Positions 12,467 to 24,809 of a stretch of 64,000 nucleotides of DNA are shown here, in pieces. A program made the translations under genes and the position numbers. Position 1 is the stretch's first letter; the number at the start of each line of letters is the position of its first letter. The notes beneath the pieces are model-generated. The model was not told where the DNA came from and did not search any database. It saw only the letters and a program-made list of their open reading frames with translations. Source of the DNA: Negaprion brevirostris (taxonomy: Eukaryota); assembly GCA_030324005.1 (NCBI GenBank), contig JARDVH010000110.1, positions 18,042,867 to 18,106,866 of the forward strand, in the 5' to 3' direction.

Positions 12467-13489
12467 CTGCAACCAAATAAAAACAGAAATGAGAACCCTT
12501 GTCAGAACAAGGAGGCTGGATGTAAATTTACAAGCTAATGGCAGAAAACATTACAGACAATNNNNNNNNNNNNNNNNNNNNNNNNNNNNNNNNNNNNNNN
12601 NNNNNNNNNNNNNGAACAGTAATGTAAAAGTGCAGAATTCCAGATACCGTTACCAATTCACCTACTGATCACACCCTCAAAACCACGCACCCCACCATTC
12701 ACAAATTCCCTGCTGCCCTCTGATGAAAGGTACAGTTTTACAAGCATTTCTTCCAGGTTTGAAGAGTGTCAGTTTGTATGTTTGTTATGTATATATGATA
12801 TTACAGTTTCGCCCAATTCCATTCTCTTTCACTATTATGTGCGTATTTCTAGGAAAGGCGGTGGTGCGGGGGGGGCGGGGTGGACGGTTTCACGATTAAT
12901 GGATTACGAGAAGAAATCCTGACAAATTCTCATTTCTCACCCTTCCACCCAGCCCAGGGACACAAGTGCCCTCATTATTCCTGCTGAAACGCAGCTAACT
13001 GGGATTGAATCCGTGACCCTCCTGGCCTGTGTGACACATGCATTGGGGAGCGACTTATCAATAAGCTGCATTGCAGTTACACAAAGAGCAGACAATGAGG
13101 GACCGCTAACAAGAGGCTAGCTCAGCTGGGATCCTGTACATTATGCCTCTTCCACAGCAGACCTTTATTATAACAGTATGCTAAGTAGTGCTGAGAGAGG
13201 ATTTATCTTCGCCACAGAGGCCTTACAGAGAAGAGTGAGCAAAAACACAAAATGGTAAAGCATGTATGTTGTGAGCCATTCCACTTCTGCACCATATCTG
13301 GGCATGGTGTTTCATTTTTAACACACATCTATCACTTTGACCATCTGGGGAAATGAACAGAAATCCCAATTTCTGATAATAGAAAGCCATAACACACACA
13401 TGTTATTCATAGCATGCTATCTGTTCTATTTTCTATATCAAACAGAACAATCAGAAATGAATATAATACCAGTGAAGTCCAGTAATTTT

Positions 13490-13702
13490 GCTTAGTTGGC
13501 TGCATGGCTGGTTTGTAGTGCAGAGCAACGCCAACGGCGTGGGTTCAATTCCTGTGCTGGCTGAGATTATTCATAAAGGCCCTGCCTTCACAACATTGCC
13601 CCTTGCCTGGAGGTGTGGTGATCCTCAGGTTAAATCGCCACTAGTCAGCTCTTCCCCTCAAAAGGGGAGAGCAGGCTATGGCCATCTGGGGCTAAGAAGA
13701 TA
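13490..13702 (+). mobile_element. tRNA-derived SINE, family distinct from HE1
   Basis: A-box-like GCTTAGTTGG, B-box GGGTTCAATTCC, body GGTGTGGTGATCCTCAGGTTAAATCGCCACTAGTCAGCTC. Confidence 0.65.
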
Positions 13703-14074
13703 GTTGAATGTTAACAATGCTCTCGTCAGTGTACCAGCCAGTCCCTGCCACAGGGTGGTGCTACATAACTATTGCAGTAGCCAGTTCACCCACTGGGTAG
13801 TGCTGTACAGAAAGAAGGGACTAGCAACCTGGGGAATGGCTATGGGAGCACTGGGGCCAGTTAGATCGAGAGAAGATGGAGCACCAGGAGTGTGGAGGAT
13901 GAAGGAGTTTTCCCTTTTCCTTCATCCCTGTCCATAAAGGTGTGCTGTTTCCAGGGCACTTGGTGCAAACTGCCAGTAATCATGCTCTAATTTTTCATGG
14001 TCAAATAGTCTGCCAATGGACAGGAACACAATGAGGTCTGATCCGGTCCTTGCCCAACATCCAAAGGGCAGGGA

Positions 14075-14158
14075 TTCTGATGAGACGTTGAGGACCTCAA
14101 ACATCACTCTGTCTCACTCTCTCACTACAGATTCTGCCAGACCTGTTGAGTACTCCCA
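14075..14158 (+). mobile_element. Penelope-type short element remnant
   Basis: CTGATGA..GACCTCAAAC followed by CTCTCTCACTACAGATTCTGCCAGACCTGTTGAGTACTCCCA. Confidence 0.5.
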
Positions 14159-15851
14159 NNNNNNNNNNNNNNNNNNNNNNNNNNNNNNNNNNNNNNNNNN
14201 NNNNNNNNNNNNNNNNNNNNNNNNNNNNNNNNNNNNNNNNNNNNNNNNNNNNNNNNNNNNNNNNNNNNNNNNNNNNNNNNNNNNNNNNNNNNNNNNNNNN
14301 NNNNNNNNNNNNNNNNNNNNNNNNNNNNNNNNNNNNNNNNNNNNNNNNNNNNNNNNNNNGGATGGGGAAATTATCTCTCAAAACTTATTTAATTGGCTGC
14401 ATTTTGAGACATCAAAATGCACTGTGAATGGTGCTATATAAATGCAGTTATTTCAATGATATTTCTTCTCACTGTATGAGCTGGCTGAATCCATTTGAAG
14501 AGGGCAGAGGTTTATTTTTACAGAAGTGGACATGCCCAAAACAAACCTTGACAATAAGCAGCTGAACAGAAGCCTTGAGCTGTAAGCAGGGGAAACTGTG
14601 GTCCTCTTGGCTGTGTAATAATGCTGCGCGCGCACTTGCATGTGCATCAATTTGGTACATCTCAAGACTGCATATAAAAAAAATTGTCCAAAATGTATAT
14701 GTGTGAGAGAGAGATAGCCAAAAGCTCCAAATGATATTGAAAAATCCTATATTTGAGGAAGGCAAAGAAAGATAGTTTGCTTTAGTGTAAAAACCGCCCC
14801 ATTAGCTTTGCAAGAGAAATTTCACAGGTTATAGATTATTACTCTGGATGACAAGTTAAATCTTCTCCCAGCAGGTTTCCCCTTACTCTAGCACCATGGA
14901 CCTAACATACAAATAAAGATCAGTCTCCTACCTGAGCATGTCTGTGGAGTTACAAAGAGACCATCTTCTGCCTGCCCCTTCCCCTCCCCCACTATGATCC
15001 TCAGGTCAGATGTCACCCTATTGTTCCCACATAGTTCATTTTTAAACCAGCTCTTCCCAAAATTAATATGCAAAAGCAAATCTTGCCTCTGTTTCAGAAA
15101 AACAGAGACAGAGACATTCACGGAAAAGTAATGCGGAAAATCTGCTTTCCANNNNNNNNNNAATAAACATTCCGAGGAAGCTATAAATCTGCGCTCATTA
15201 ACAAGAACATTGTGACGGATTCCCAGCATTAAGGGTGACATGGTGCAAGCATCATATCCCCAATAAATTATACAATCAGCCCCTTCACGCCCTTCAACAA
15301 AGAACAGGCTCTACATCCATTTCTAACAACACCAACCACTGCATTGTTTTGGGCTGTCCTTTCCCTGCTGCTAAGGGATCATTTATCAGCACACTCCCAT
15401 TAAACTACCTACAGGGAGAGCTGCTTTGAAACGTGGAGTCATTGAGAGGCAAAGTGTGGGAATGTTGCCCAAAGTTACAATACTGGTGGATAAAAGGGGT
15501 TTTCCTGGTTTTTTTGGCAGCATGAGGCTGATCCTTGCCCACGATCCAGGGAGACCAAGTCAGCAGTTTTAAACACTCCATGTCATGTACTTAGGAATTC
15601 TATGTTTACAGGCAAGAAGCTGCTGTTTAAACACATCAGGCACATGGATTCTGGGTGCAGGACAAACAGCCCCATTGAAGATGGCAGTATAAAAGTCTAG
15701 ACTTTGGATGAGTGAAATTTAATTGCCCTCACCTTACCCTTCAACTCAAACTGAGCTGTTCCAGGAGTAGAAAATTTCAATTTGGACCCAGCAGAGGTTT
15801 TTTTAAAAGTGTAGTTAACAATGGAATGTAGATCCTGTGTGTTTTCTGGAG

Positions 15852-16133
15852 TGGCACAGTGGCATAGTGGTTAGCACTGCTGCCTCACAGCCCCAGGGAC
15901 CCAGGTTCGATTCCTGCTTGGGTCACCGTCTGTGTGGAGTTTGCATATTCTCCACGTGTCTGCGTGGGTTCCCTCTGGGTGCTCCGGTTTCCTCCCACAA
16001 TCCAAAAACGTGCTGGTTAGGTGCACTGGCCAAATTCTCCCCAGTGTACCCGAACAGGCACCGGAGTGTGGCGACCTGGGGATTTTCACAGTAACTTAAT
16101 TGCATGGTTAATGTAAGCCTACTTGTGACAAAT
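15852..16133 (+). mobile_element. HE1-like V-SINE with alternative tail
   Basis: Full tRNA head and V-domain; tail GGATTTTCACAGTAACTTAATTGCA..TAATGTAAGCCTACTTGTGACA. Confidence 0.85.
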
Positions 16134-17185
16134 AGACTAAGCTAACTTCCATGATTCAAAGAAGAACTTACTGTGATGTTGCAGCCAACTTGAAATGCTC
16201 GGACTCTCCATTTCAAAATGGCCACTCCATGCCGTTAGAAAATCGACAAACTTAAGGAATAAAAGATTTACAAAACTTCATCTGATAAATGACATCAAAG
16301 CTATTTTGTGTGGGCTTCTAGTCCATTGTCTGTAGCAGGTGAGATAGGCTCAGTTGGACTGAGNNNNNNNNNNATGCCAACAGTGCTCACCAACAACTAA
16401 CTGCATTTATATGGCACCTTTACAGAGCAAACCATCTTGGATTTGTTCTACTCACTTACATAAGTTGCGCAATAAAACATTCAGAACACCTCCAGGAAAG
16501 GAACCAGATGTAAGAGATTCAGGAGGCCATAAAATGCAGTAACTAATATGTGAGTAAATAAGGAAATTACTACTGACCTGAATGGTTGCCAAAGGCACCC
16601 GATGAGCAGGAAATGGGAGCGAGGAAGAAAATATAAGCAGCTTTTAGTCATTTATTTCTATCAGGTTTCCATATGGCCTGATGGGAAATGGCCATGTGCA
16701 AAACTCTGGCAAGACAGCTGCTGGGCTGTTACAGTGATGCTGGGTATAGGGAGGGGGAAATCTGACAAGGGTTCCACTCAATTGTTACCCAGAGAGTGTG
16801 GGAAGCATTGCATCAACCTGGGTGCCAGGTGGAACCTGTGGCCTCAGCAAGCAGCGTGACCAACAAGCCTGTATAACGCACTTGCAGCTTTGCACATTAT
16901 CAGCTGCCAGTTTCTGATATGATACTGTCGTGATCACAATGATACAATACTGGGGCTCTGGAAAGGAAGTGCTTGCATTAGCCTTGAGAGCTCTGAACCC
17001 AACTGAGGTTGCCAGAGTGCAAAAAAAATGCTTCCTTATCTCAGCTGACCGAATAGTACACGATAAAAGTTTTGTCCATTTCAGCAGATCTACTCCAAAG
17101 AGAAGCACTGACCTAGAGGATCCTCCCGCTTAACTTCATATGGGGGTGCCGCAATCGGGCAGGCAGAGGGGGGTGCTATAATTAA

Positions 17186-17250
17186 ATAGGCAGGGGGACT
17201 CCTGCAATTAGATAGGCGGGGGACTCCTGCAATTAGATAGGCAGAGGGTA
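17186..17250. repeat. Short tandem repeat, ~25 bp unit
   Basis: ATAGGC(A/G)GGGGGACTCCTGCAATTAG repeated about 2.5 times. Confidence 0.8.
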
Positions 17251-17294
17251 GACCCAGCCCTCGAGGACTAGGAAAGGATGCTGCACTTGAATGA

Positions 17295-18680
17295 AGTCTT
17301 TGAGGAGGTAACAAGGAAGTTAGATAAAGGAGGACTATAGGGCATGATTTATTTAGATTTCCAGAAGGTCTTTGACAAGATGCCACATAGAAGACTGTTA
17401 AATAAGTGGTGTTAAGGATAAGATCCTGGCATGGCTAGAGAATTGGGTGACTGGCAGAAGGCAGAGAGTGGGGATAAAAGGGTTTTTCTCAGGATGACAG
17501 CCTGTGACTAGCGGTGTGTCTCAGGGCTGGGACCACAACTTTCCACAATATATATTGACAATTTGGAGAAAGGAACTGAAGGCACTGTTGCTAAGTTTAC
17601 AGATGATACAAAGATATGTAGAGGGACGGATAGTATTGAGCAAGCAGGGAGGTGCAGAAGGACTTGGACAGGTTAGGAGAGTGGGCAAAGAAGCAGATGG
17701 AATACAATGTGGAAAAGTGTGAAGTTATGTGCTTTGGAAGGAGGAATGGAGGCAAAGACTATTTTCTAAATGGCAAAATGCTAAGGAAATCAGAAACAAA
17801 GGGACTTGGGACTCCTTGTTCAAGNNNNNNNNNNNNNNNNNNNNNNNNNNNNNNNNNNNNNNNNNNNNNNNNNNNNNNNNNNNNNNNNNNNNNNNNNNNN
17901 NNNNNNNNNNNNNNNNNNNNNNNNTTTCTAAATGGCAAAATGCTAAGGAAATCAGAAACAAAGGGACTCGGGACTCCTTGTTCAAGATTCTTTTAATGTT
18001 AATGTGCAGGTTCAGTCGGCAGTTAGGAAGGCAAATGCAATGTTAGCATTTATGTCGAGAAGGCTAAAATACAACAGCAGGGATGTACTTCTGAGGCTGT
18101 ATAAGGCTCTGGTCAGACCCCATTTGGAATTTTGAGCCCCATATCTAAGGAAGGACATGCTGGCCTTGGAAAGGGTCCAGAGGAGGTTCACAAGAATGCT
18201 TCTCGGAATGAAGAGCTTGTTGTATGAGGAACGGCTGAGGGCTCTGGATCTGTACTCGGAATTTACAAAGATGAAACTAGGAAAGGATGCTGTACTTGAA
18301 TGCAATACGATGATCACTGTTAGAGACTTTGAGGAGATAACAAGGGAGTTAGACAGAGAACCAGTGGACATAATTGAAACTTACAGGATACTGCGAGGCC
18401 TGGACAGAGTGGACATGGAGAGGATGTTTCCACTAGTAGGAAAAACTAGAACCAGAGGGCACAACTTCAGGCTAAAGGACCGCTCCTTTAAAACAGAGAT
18501 GAGGAGGAATTTCTTCAGCCAGAGGGTAGTGAATCTGTGGAATTCTATGCCGCAGAAAGTTGTGGAGACCAGGTCATTGAGTGTCTTTAAGACCGAGATA
18601 GATCGGTTCTTGATTAATAAGGGGATCAGGGGTTATGACAGAAGAATGGGGATAAGAAAAATATCAGTCATGATTGACCT
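17295..18680 (+). mobile_element. CR1/HER1 LINE, 5'-truncated RT and 3' end
   Basis: YLDFQK.FDK.PH, VTSGVSQG, KF.DDTK, QKDLDRLGEWA, LERVQRRFTRM and FKTEMRRNFFSQRVVNLWN. Confidence 0.92.
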
Positions 18681-18737
18681 GGAGCACTTGTGCTGGGAAC
18701 TGGGATCAACTGGCATTCACAAAACTACAGGCTAGTG

Positions 18738-19135
18738 AACATAGAACATAGAACACTACAACACAAACCGGCCCTTCGGCCCACAAGTTGCGCCAATCAT
18801 ATCCATACCTACCAGGCCTATCTATAACTCTCAATCCCATTAAATCCCNNNNNNNNNNNNNNNNNNNNNNNNNNNNNNNNNNNNNNNNNNNNNNNNNNGG
18901 CAGCCGATTCCACTCACTCACCACCCTCTGAGTGAAAAACTTACCCCTGACATCTCCTCTGTACCTGCTCCCCAGAACCTTAAACCTGTGTCCTCTCGTA
19001 GCGACCATTTCGGCCCTGAGAAACAGCCTCCCAGAATCCACCCCATCTATACCTCTCAACATCTTATAAACCTCTATCAGGTCACCTCTCAATCTTTGTC
19101 TCTCCAGAGAGAAGAGACCTAGCTCCCTCAACCTA
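18738..19135 (-). mobile_element. Younger CR1 subfamily 3' end
   Basis: LGLFSLERQRLRGDLIEVYKMLRGID...GKFFTQRVV; tail (TTCTATG)n, seen as AACATAGAACATAGAAC on the plus strand. Confidence 0.9.
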
Positions 19136-21064
19136 TTTTTTTCCCTTTTTTCTGTTATTGGGGAGCATGCCTTATGAGGGTAGTTGAAACGTCAATGCCT
19201 CTCAGAGGACAGAGAAGTAAACAGACTAAAATAAGAATAGGAAATACTTGAAGTAGCATCAGTGGACTGAGAAATAAAATTGAAGTGGAGGGTCCAATAT
19301 GACTCTTCATTGAGTTTTCTTCAAAACTCAAGATTTCATTAGTAAGTCAGACCATGTGACTTGGAGTTCTGGTGATACAAAGATAAGCCAGTTTGATGCT
19401 TTATTACACTCATATGTACGCCTTTTGTTTTAAAACCATCAGGAACTCTCAGAAACTTTGGATGGAAAGCACCATCCAAATCACAACCTGAGTTGCTAGG
19501 CCAGAAAGAGTAACTGTGCAGTGGGTCAAATCTCAGGTCACTGCAGACAGGGCAAGAGTATTCAATAGTGCAAGTGAGCTTGAGTGCACACATGAGCGTG
19601 TTCAAGAATGCGCAAGCGAGGGGCCTCCAGCTGGCCCCTGCAAACTTAGGATGCCCCTTAATCACCCCTCAGCTAGTTCAGCACAGTTTTACAGGTGCTT
19701 TGTAAGTTGCTTCTGAATATCATTCATGGACAGACCACTGCACACAAGGACAAGGTCATGCATGGATCCTGGCTCAACTGATGCTACCCATGGGGAACAT
19801 CGTCATCTGGGAAAATAGCTATTTAGGCACAACACCAGTCTGCACTTAGCAGAGACAGAAAGAAGAAAATTATGAATTAAGATAAGAAAAATGCCACAAA
19901 TCAAATTGTGACCGGACTCTTTGCATTGTGACTGCTGATTCCCTGCAGTTGCCACTGGAGCTCTGAGCAGTGCTGGGCTGGCTGTGGGGTAAGGTTCCAG
20001 TTATATGATAGTAATTTTACATCAGCCATCTTCATTGGTAAACTGGGTGCTCATAACCCCAGATACCTGGCTTTCGGCTTTGGCTCTGGTACAAAGTCCA
20101 ATTGAGGCAAAAGGGAAGAGCGAGATCCAGCAACCTGAATAAGACTGAACCATGGTGAATAATTAAGTGTGAGTGACAGAGAGAGGGAGGAAGAGGCTTC
20201 CTTAGCTAAACTGAGTTCAGCTACGTTTCTGGATCATTACAATCCCACATTTTACCAGAGTTTCCGGGCCAGACGCAAAATGCACTCAATTCCACATGAT
20301 TTAACAGAAATATGAGGAAGTCACGTGGCAACAGGGCAATAGATGGTGGTTCGAAAGATGCATTCTCTTCTATTCCCCTTCTTCTGTGTCGTGACTGACT
20401 TGGTTTGATACCCGTTTAAGTCAATCCACCCATTCCCTCACCCATATTTCACTCAAACTAACATTGTCACTGGAAAAAAATAAACCAACAGCCGCCACAG
20501 TGTCAACACTTTCAACAAACAAAATGTAATATGGCTTATACTTGTCAAAATAAAAATCTTCTGATACCAGCAGAGGTCAATAAAAGGTATAACCAGATTA
20601 AATCTTCCACAAGTTGGAACAGGAAGTGATAACAGCAGAATTTCAACGCCAAAGGCACCACAGCGCTTCAGAGAAACCTCAAACACAGCCATTTTTAAAG
20701 ATTATCAGGACCTTGACTAATAGAATGTGCTATTTTAAACCCTCTCTCCCCAGACCAGACTAAACCACACAAAGATACGTAGCGACCCCTCACAGCTCCA
20801 CTGGCCCATCTCCAGAGCTTGTTGCAAACCGGGAAGGTTTGCTTTTGTAAACGAAACACATCTGCTTCAAGCTGGTTTCCTACCAATCACAGGAACCTTC
20901 AAAAACGGAATCGCAAAACAAGTCAGTAAGCAATATAACAAGAGGCAAAAATGCACAGGATCTGCTGTCTGCATTTTACAGAAATACTGCAACTAGACAG
21001 ACATTATACAAAAAAAAACATGAGCACATGAAATGGGGCAAGATTGTTGCTCATTTGCCCACAC

Positions 21065-21375
21065 AATCCAGGAATGAAGGATTTGTCACATGAGGAATGG
21101 TTGTGGCGTCTGGGTCTATATCCCATGGTGTTTAGAAGGATGAGGGGGGATCTAATTGAAACTTCAGAATACTGACAGGCCTAGATAGAGTGGACGTGAG
21201 AAGGTGTGTCCACTAGTGGGAGAGACTAGAACCTCAGAGTGCAGGGATACTCCTTTAAAACTGTGAGGAGGAGAAATTCTTTCAGCCAGAGGGTGGTGAA
21301 TCGGTGGAACTCATTGCCTGGCTGTGGAGGCCAGGTCATCAAGTGTCTTTAAGATAGATAGGTTCTTGATCAATA
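21065..21375 (+). mobile_element. CR1 LINE 3' fragment
   Basis: Decayed FRRMRGDLIET and FFSQRVVN.WNSL, ending at an N gap. Confidence 0.85.
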
Positions 21376-21796
21376 NNNNNNNNNNNNNNNNNNNNNNNNN
21401 NNNNNNNNNNNNNNNNNNNNNNNNNNNNNNNNNNNNNNNNNNNNNNNNNNNNNNNNNNNNNNNNNNNNNNNNNNNCAGAGCAAAATCCCCTCTACCGCCT
21501 GGCCTACCAGCCTAGACCCCTGATTGGACTCGGAGTCTCCTTGGCAGCACTGATTGGCCACCTTCTTGCTGGGCAGCTGCCACTAATTGGCTATCCAAAG
21601 CTTGATTCAATGAGTGGGTTTGGGAGCGAGTGAACCGCGCACTTTCCGTTCCCCCTCCCTCACTCCATCGAGGAATCCAACCCACTCATCCACAGAACCC
21701 GCAATCTTCCCTCAGGGATTATTTACAGTTGATGTATTTAGGTCTGAACCCAAAATGGCAGCATCATCGCCATATACTCAATTGGTAATCCACAGT

Positions 21797-21893
21797 CCTG
21801 GGAATAATCCAGACACCTGGGATAATGTAGAGATGTGGGAATAATCTAGAGACCTGGGAGAATCCAGAGACTTTGGAATAATCCAGAGGCCCA
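21797..21893. repeat. Degenerate ~19-20 bp minisatellite (CCTGGGAATAATCCAGAGA)
   Basis: About five units, with one more after the HE1 copy at ~22215-22236. Confidence 0.7.
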
Positions 21894-22207
21894 GGGCAGC
21901 ACAGTGGTTGACTCTACTGCCTCACAGCGCCAGGGACCCAGGTTCAATTCTGGCCTCAGCCACTGTTGGTGTGGAGTTTGCACATTCTCCCCGTGTCTGC
22001 ATGGGTTTCCTCCGGGTGCTCCGGTTTCCTCCCACATTCCAAAGAGGTGCGGATTAGGTTGATTGTCTGTGCTAAAGTTGCCCCTAGTGTCAGGAGGAAT
22101 TGCAGGGTAAATGTGTGGGATTACGGGAATGGGGCCTGGGTGGGATTGTGGTTGGTACAGACTCGATGGGCTGAATGGCCTCTTTCTGTACTGTAGGGAT
22201 TCTATTC
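21894..22207 (+). mobile_element. HE1 V-SINE, full length
   Basis: GGGCAGCACAGTGG head, B box GGTTCAATTC, V-domain and CR1-like tail. Confidence 0.9.
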
Positions 22208-23211
22208 GAATCCAAACCTGGGTATAATCCAGAGAACACAAATTCAAATGCCAAGTTGCCTGTTTTAAAATTTGAATTACATTTAAAAAAGTCTGAAAAT
22301 AAAAGAAAGCTGTTGTCAGTAAAAAATATAATAAAACTGCCAGATTGTCCTCACAACCAAATTGGTGCACTGATATTCTCCAGAGAAGGTATTCCCCTAT
22401 CTTTACTCAGTGTATATGTGCTACTAACCCCACATCAACATGGTTGATTCTTAGCTGCCCTCTTGAAGTGGCACCAGGACAAAAGGAGATGGGCATTGAC
22501 GCAGAGAGACCAGAGAAGGTTTGCGTGGATCAGGGACACCTGTTGGGCCGAATGGCCTGTCCCTATGCTGTAAAATTCTGTGACGTACTTTGCAGCAATT
22601 GGTCTCTGCTGATGAAATCACGGCAGAAACTGAGGGTGGGGTGAGGGGAGTGGTTTGAAATGCAAAGCCAAAGGAGGGCAAACAAATTTACTTGAGTGAC
22701 CCCAGTGATTCCGGTTAATTTATTTAACTGACACAAAGTAAATGTTAAAAAATGGGCTTCGCGTTGGTACTTCAAGCTGCAAATTGAATACAATGTGCAG
22801 CATAACATTTCCAGAAAGGAGGAATGGTGAACATTTGTCAAAGCAGCTTTTCGGTATCTCACCATAATATAGTAATTAATTTTCTGCTCCCCAAAAATAC
22901 CAATTTACATTTTAATACTGGCAGTGGTTCACCGTGATACATCTCCAACCGACCCTAAAAGCTAAATGAACATTTAAAGTTCCAGGAGATAGTGGTTGCG
23001 GAGAATGAAATATTGATTTTGCCATTTGATTGTGTGAGGCATATTGTGATCCAGACTAGAGTGATATTGTTCAGTAGCATTGCTCACCTCCCTGATCCTG
23101 CACTTGGACGAATGTATCTCTATCTCCTTTTTCACTGCAATTGTGCTTCTGTGTCACATTGTCTAAATGGGAGTTCTGCTTTTCACTGCCTCCCTTTAGT
23201 CAAAACTTCAA

Positions 23212-23360
23212 TTTAAGGCAGAGATGGATAGGTTCTTGATCAATAAGGAGATCAAGGGTTACGGGGAGAAGGCAGGAGAATGAGGATCGTATCAGCTATG
23301 ATTGAATGGTGATGTAGACTTGATGGGTTGAATGGCCTAATTTTGCTCCTATATCTTATA
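23212..23360 (+). mobile_element. CR1 LINE 3' terminus
   Basis: TTTAAGGCAGAGATGGATAGGTTCTTGAT...AATGGCCTAATTTTGCTCCTATATCTTAT. Confidence 0.8.
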
Positions 23361-24809
23361 ATCCGGCATTATAACGCTCACATATGCAGGAAGGTGTAGA
23401 ACCATTCACCACCCCTCTCCTCCATTCCCCTCAAGCTAACTTAACAAAACATTCCCTGTTGCTCTGCAGTAGAACGGAAGATTGTGCCATGTCACAACTA
23501 CACAGTTAGCAAAATACCATCCATCTTTCATGCACAGGCATTAGGTTGGTTTAAGCATACATGAGTTTGACTGTATCCACTATGCAATGTCCTCAGGGAT
23601 TATTACTGTGAACTGTGCTTCTGCTGCTGTTAGCCATGGATTCCTCCTCTGCCACAGACAAAGTTTTTGCATAGCAGAAAATGACCCACATTACTTTTGC
23701 AGGTTCGATGTCGCATTAAATCCATACTGGACTCAAGACAGCCTTTACATTACAACAGTGTGATAGTTGATTTAGGGATGCTGGAAGTTTTTAATCCATG
23801 TCAAACCTAAGTTGCCAGGATATTGTAGAAAAAGCTATAACTCTACCTCTAACTAATGTTGTATTCGGCCTAAGGCTAGCTGCTAAAAACACCTAGAAAG
23901 GTGTCACACTTCCCAAAACTGAAGTTCTTCATCTGTCATTAGCCAAAATCCATCATAAGAAATTATTCCTTTGTATAAACCCTCTAGGTCAAAGCACGAG
24001 TAGTTGAGGTGGTGATCCAGAGATTATGTTACAACTCATAACAGACGCCCACATACTGAGAATATGCATTCCAACAATGGATTATCTGGAAGCCTGCCCA
24101 ATGACTATGTGCATGGAGGTCACTGGTGTTTGAAGTCACTGTTCCTGTACTTACATCCCATAACAGGAAGGGTGGGCTATTATAGCAGTCAAAACTAATG
24201 TATGTAATAGGACAAGTATAGGAACAGGAAAATAGCACTTCAATGGGAAACTGCAAATCACACCAATAAGCTAAATCAGCAACCCTTCATGTAAGCTCTA
24301 AATATAATCAGACAGCACACACAAGGTCTTATGGTGCACAGAGTACAAGTCAGTATTTTACAATCTAACTTTACTCAGTTTTGCCCATGCTCCCACTAGT
24401 GGAAGCACCTCCTCCATGTCCACTCTATCTAGGCATCTCAATATTCTGGTAAGTGGTCAGGAAGGTCTCAAGATTGAACCTCATCTGTACAGAATTAAAC
24501 TTTTATCACAATTGGTCCCAGAAGTAAGAAGAGAGAGAAAAAAATATGTTTCCTGATCATTGCCCAGTAACCTCAGATGAATAAATAAACTTATGCTCTG
24601 GTCCCAGCTTGTGCATTAACTTCAGCCTGCACAGTGCTCATAATTGGCTCCCTTAGATTGATATTTCTATGAAACGCTGAGTAAACAGCTTCAACATCAT
24701 TCTGTGGCCATCCTACCAAACTGATGATGAAAACTGTGTCCTCTTCGGTTAACAAAAGGCTCTAATTACTAAAACAGATCAATAATGAGAAAAATGAACT
24801 TGATTTTTA

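Noticed and set aside
17765-17985. ~60 bp direct repeat around an N gap in CR1
   Set aside because: Same scaffolding artefact.
18157-18735. 192 aa ORF
   Set aside because: C-terminus of CR1 ORF2, not a host gene.
21846-22370. 174 aa ORF and similar GAPGGNPRRHGEN-type peptides elsewhere
   Set aside because: Antisense translation of HE1 SINE copies.
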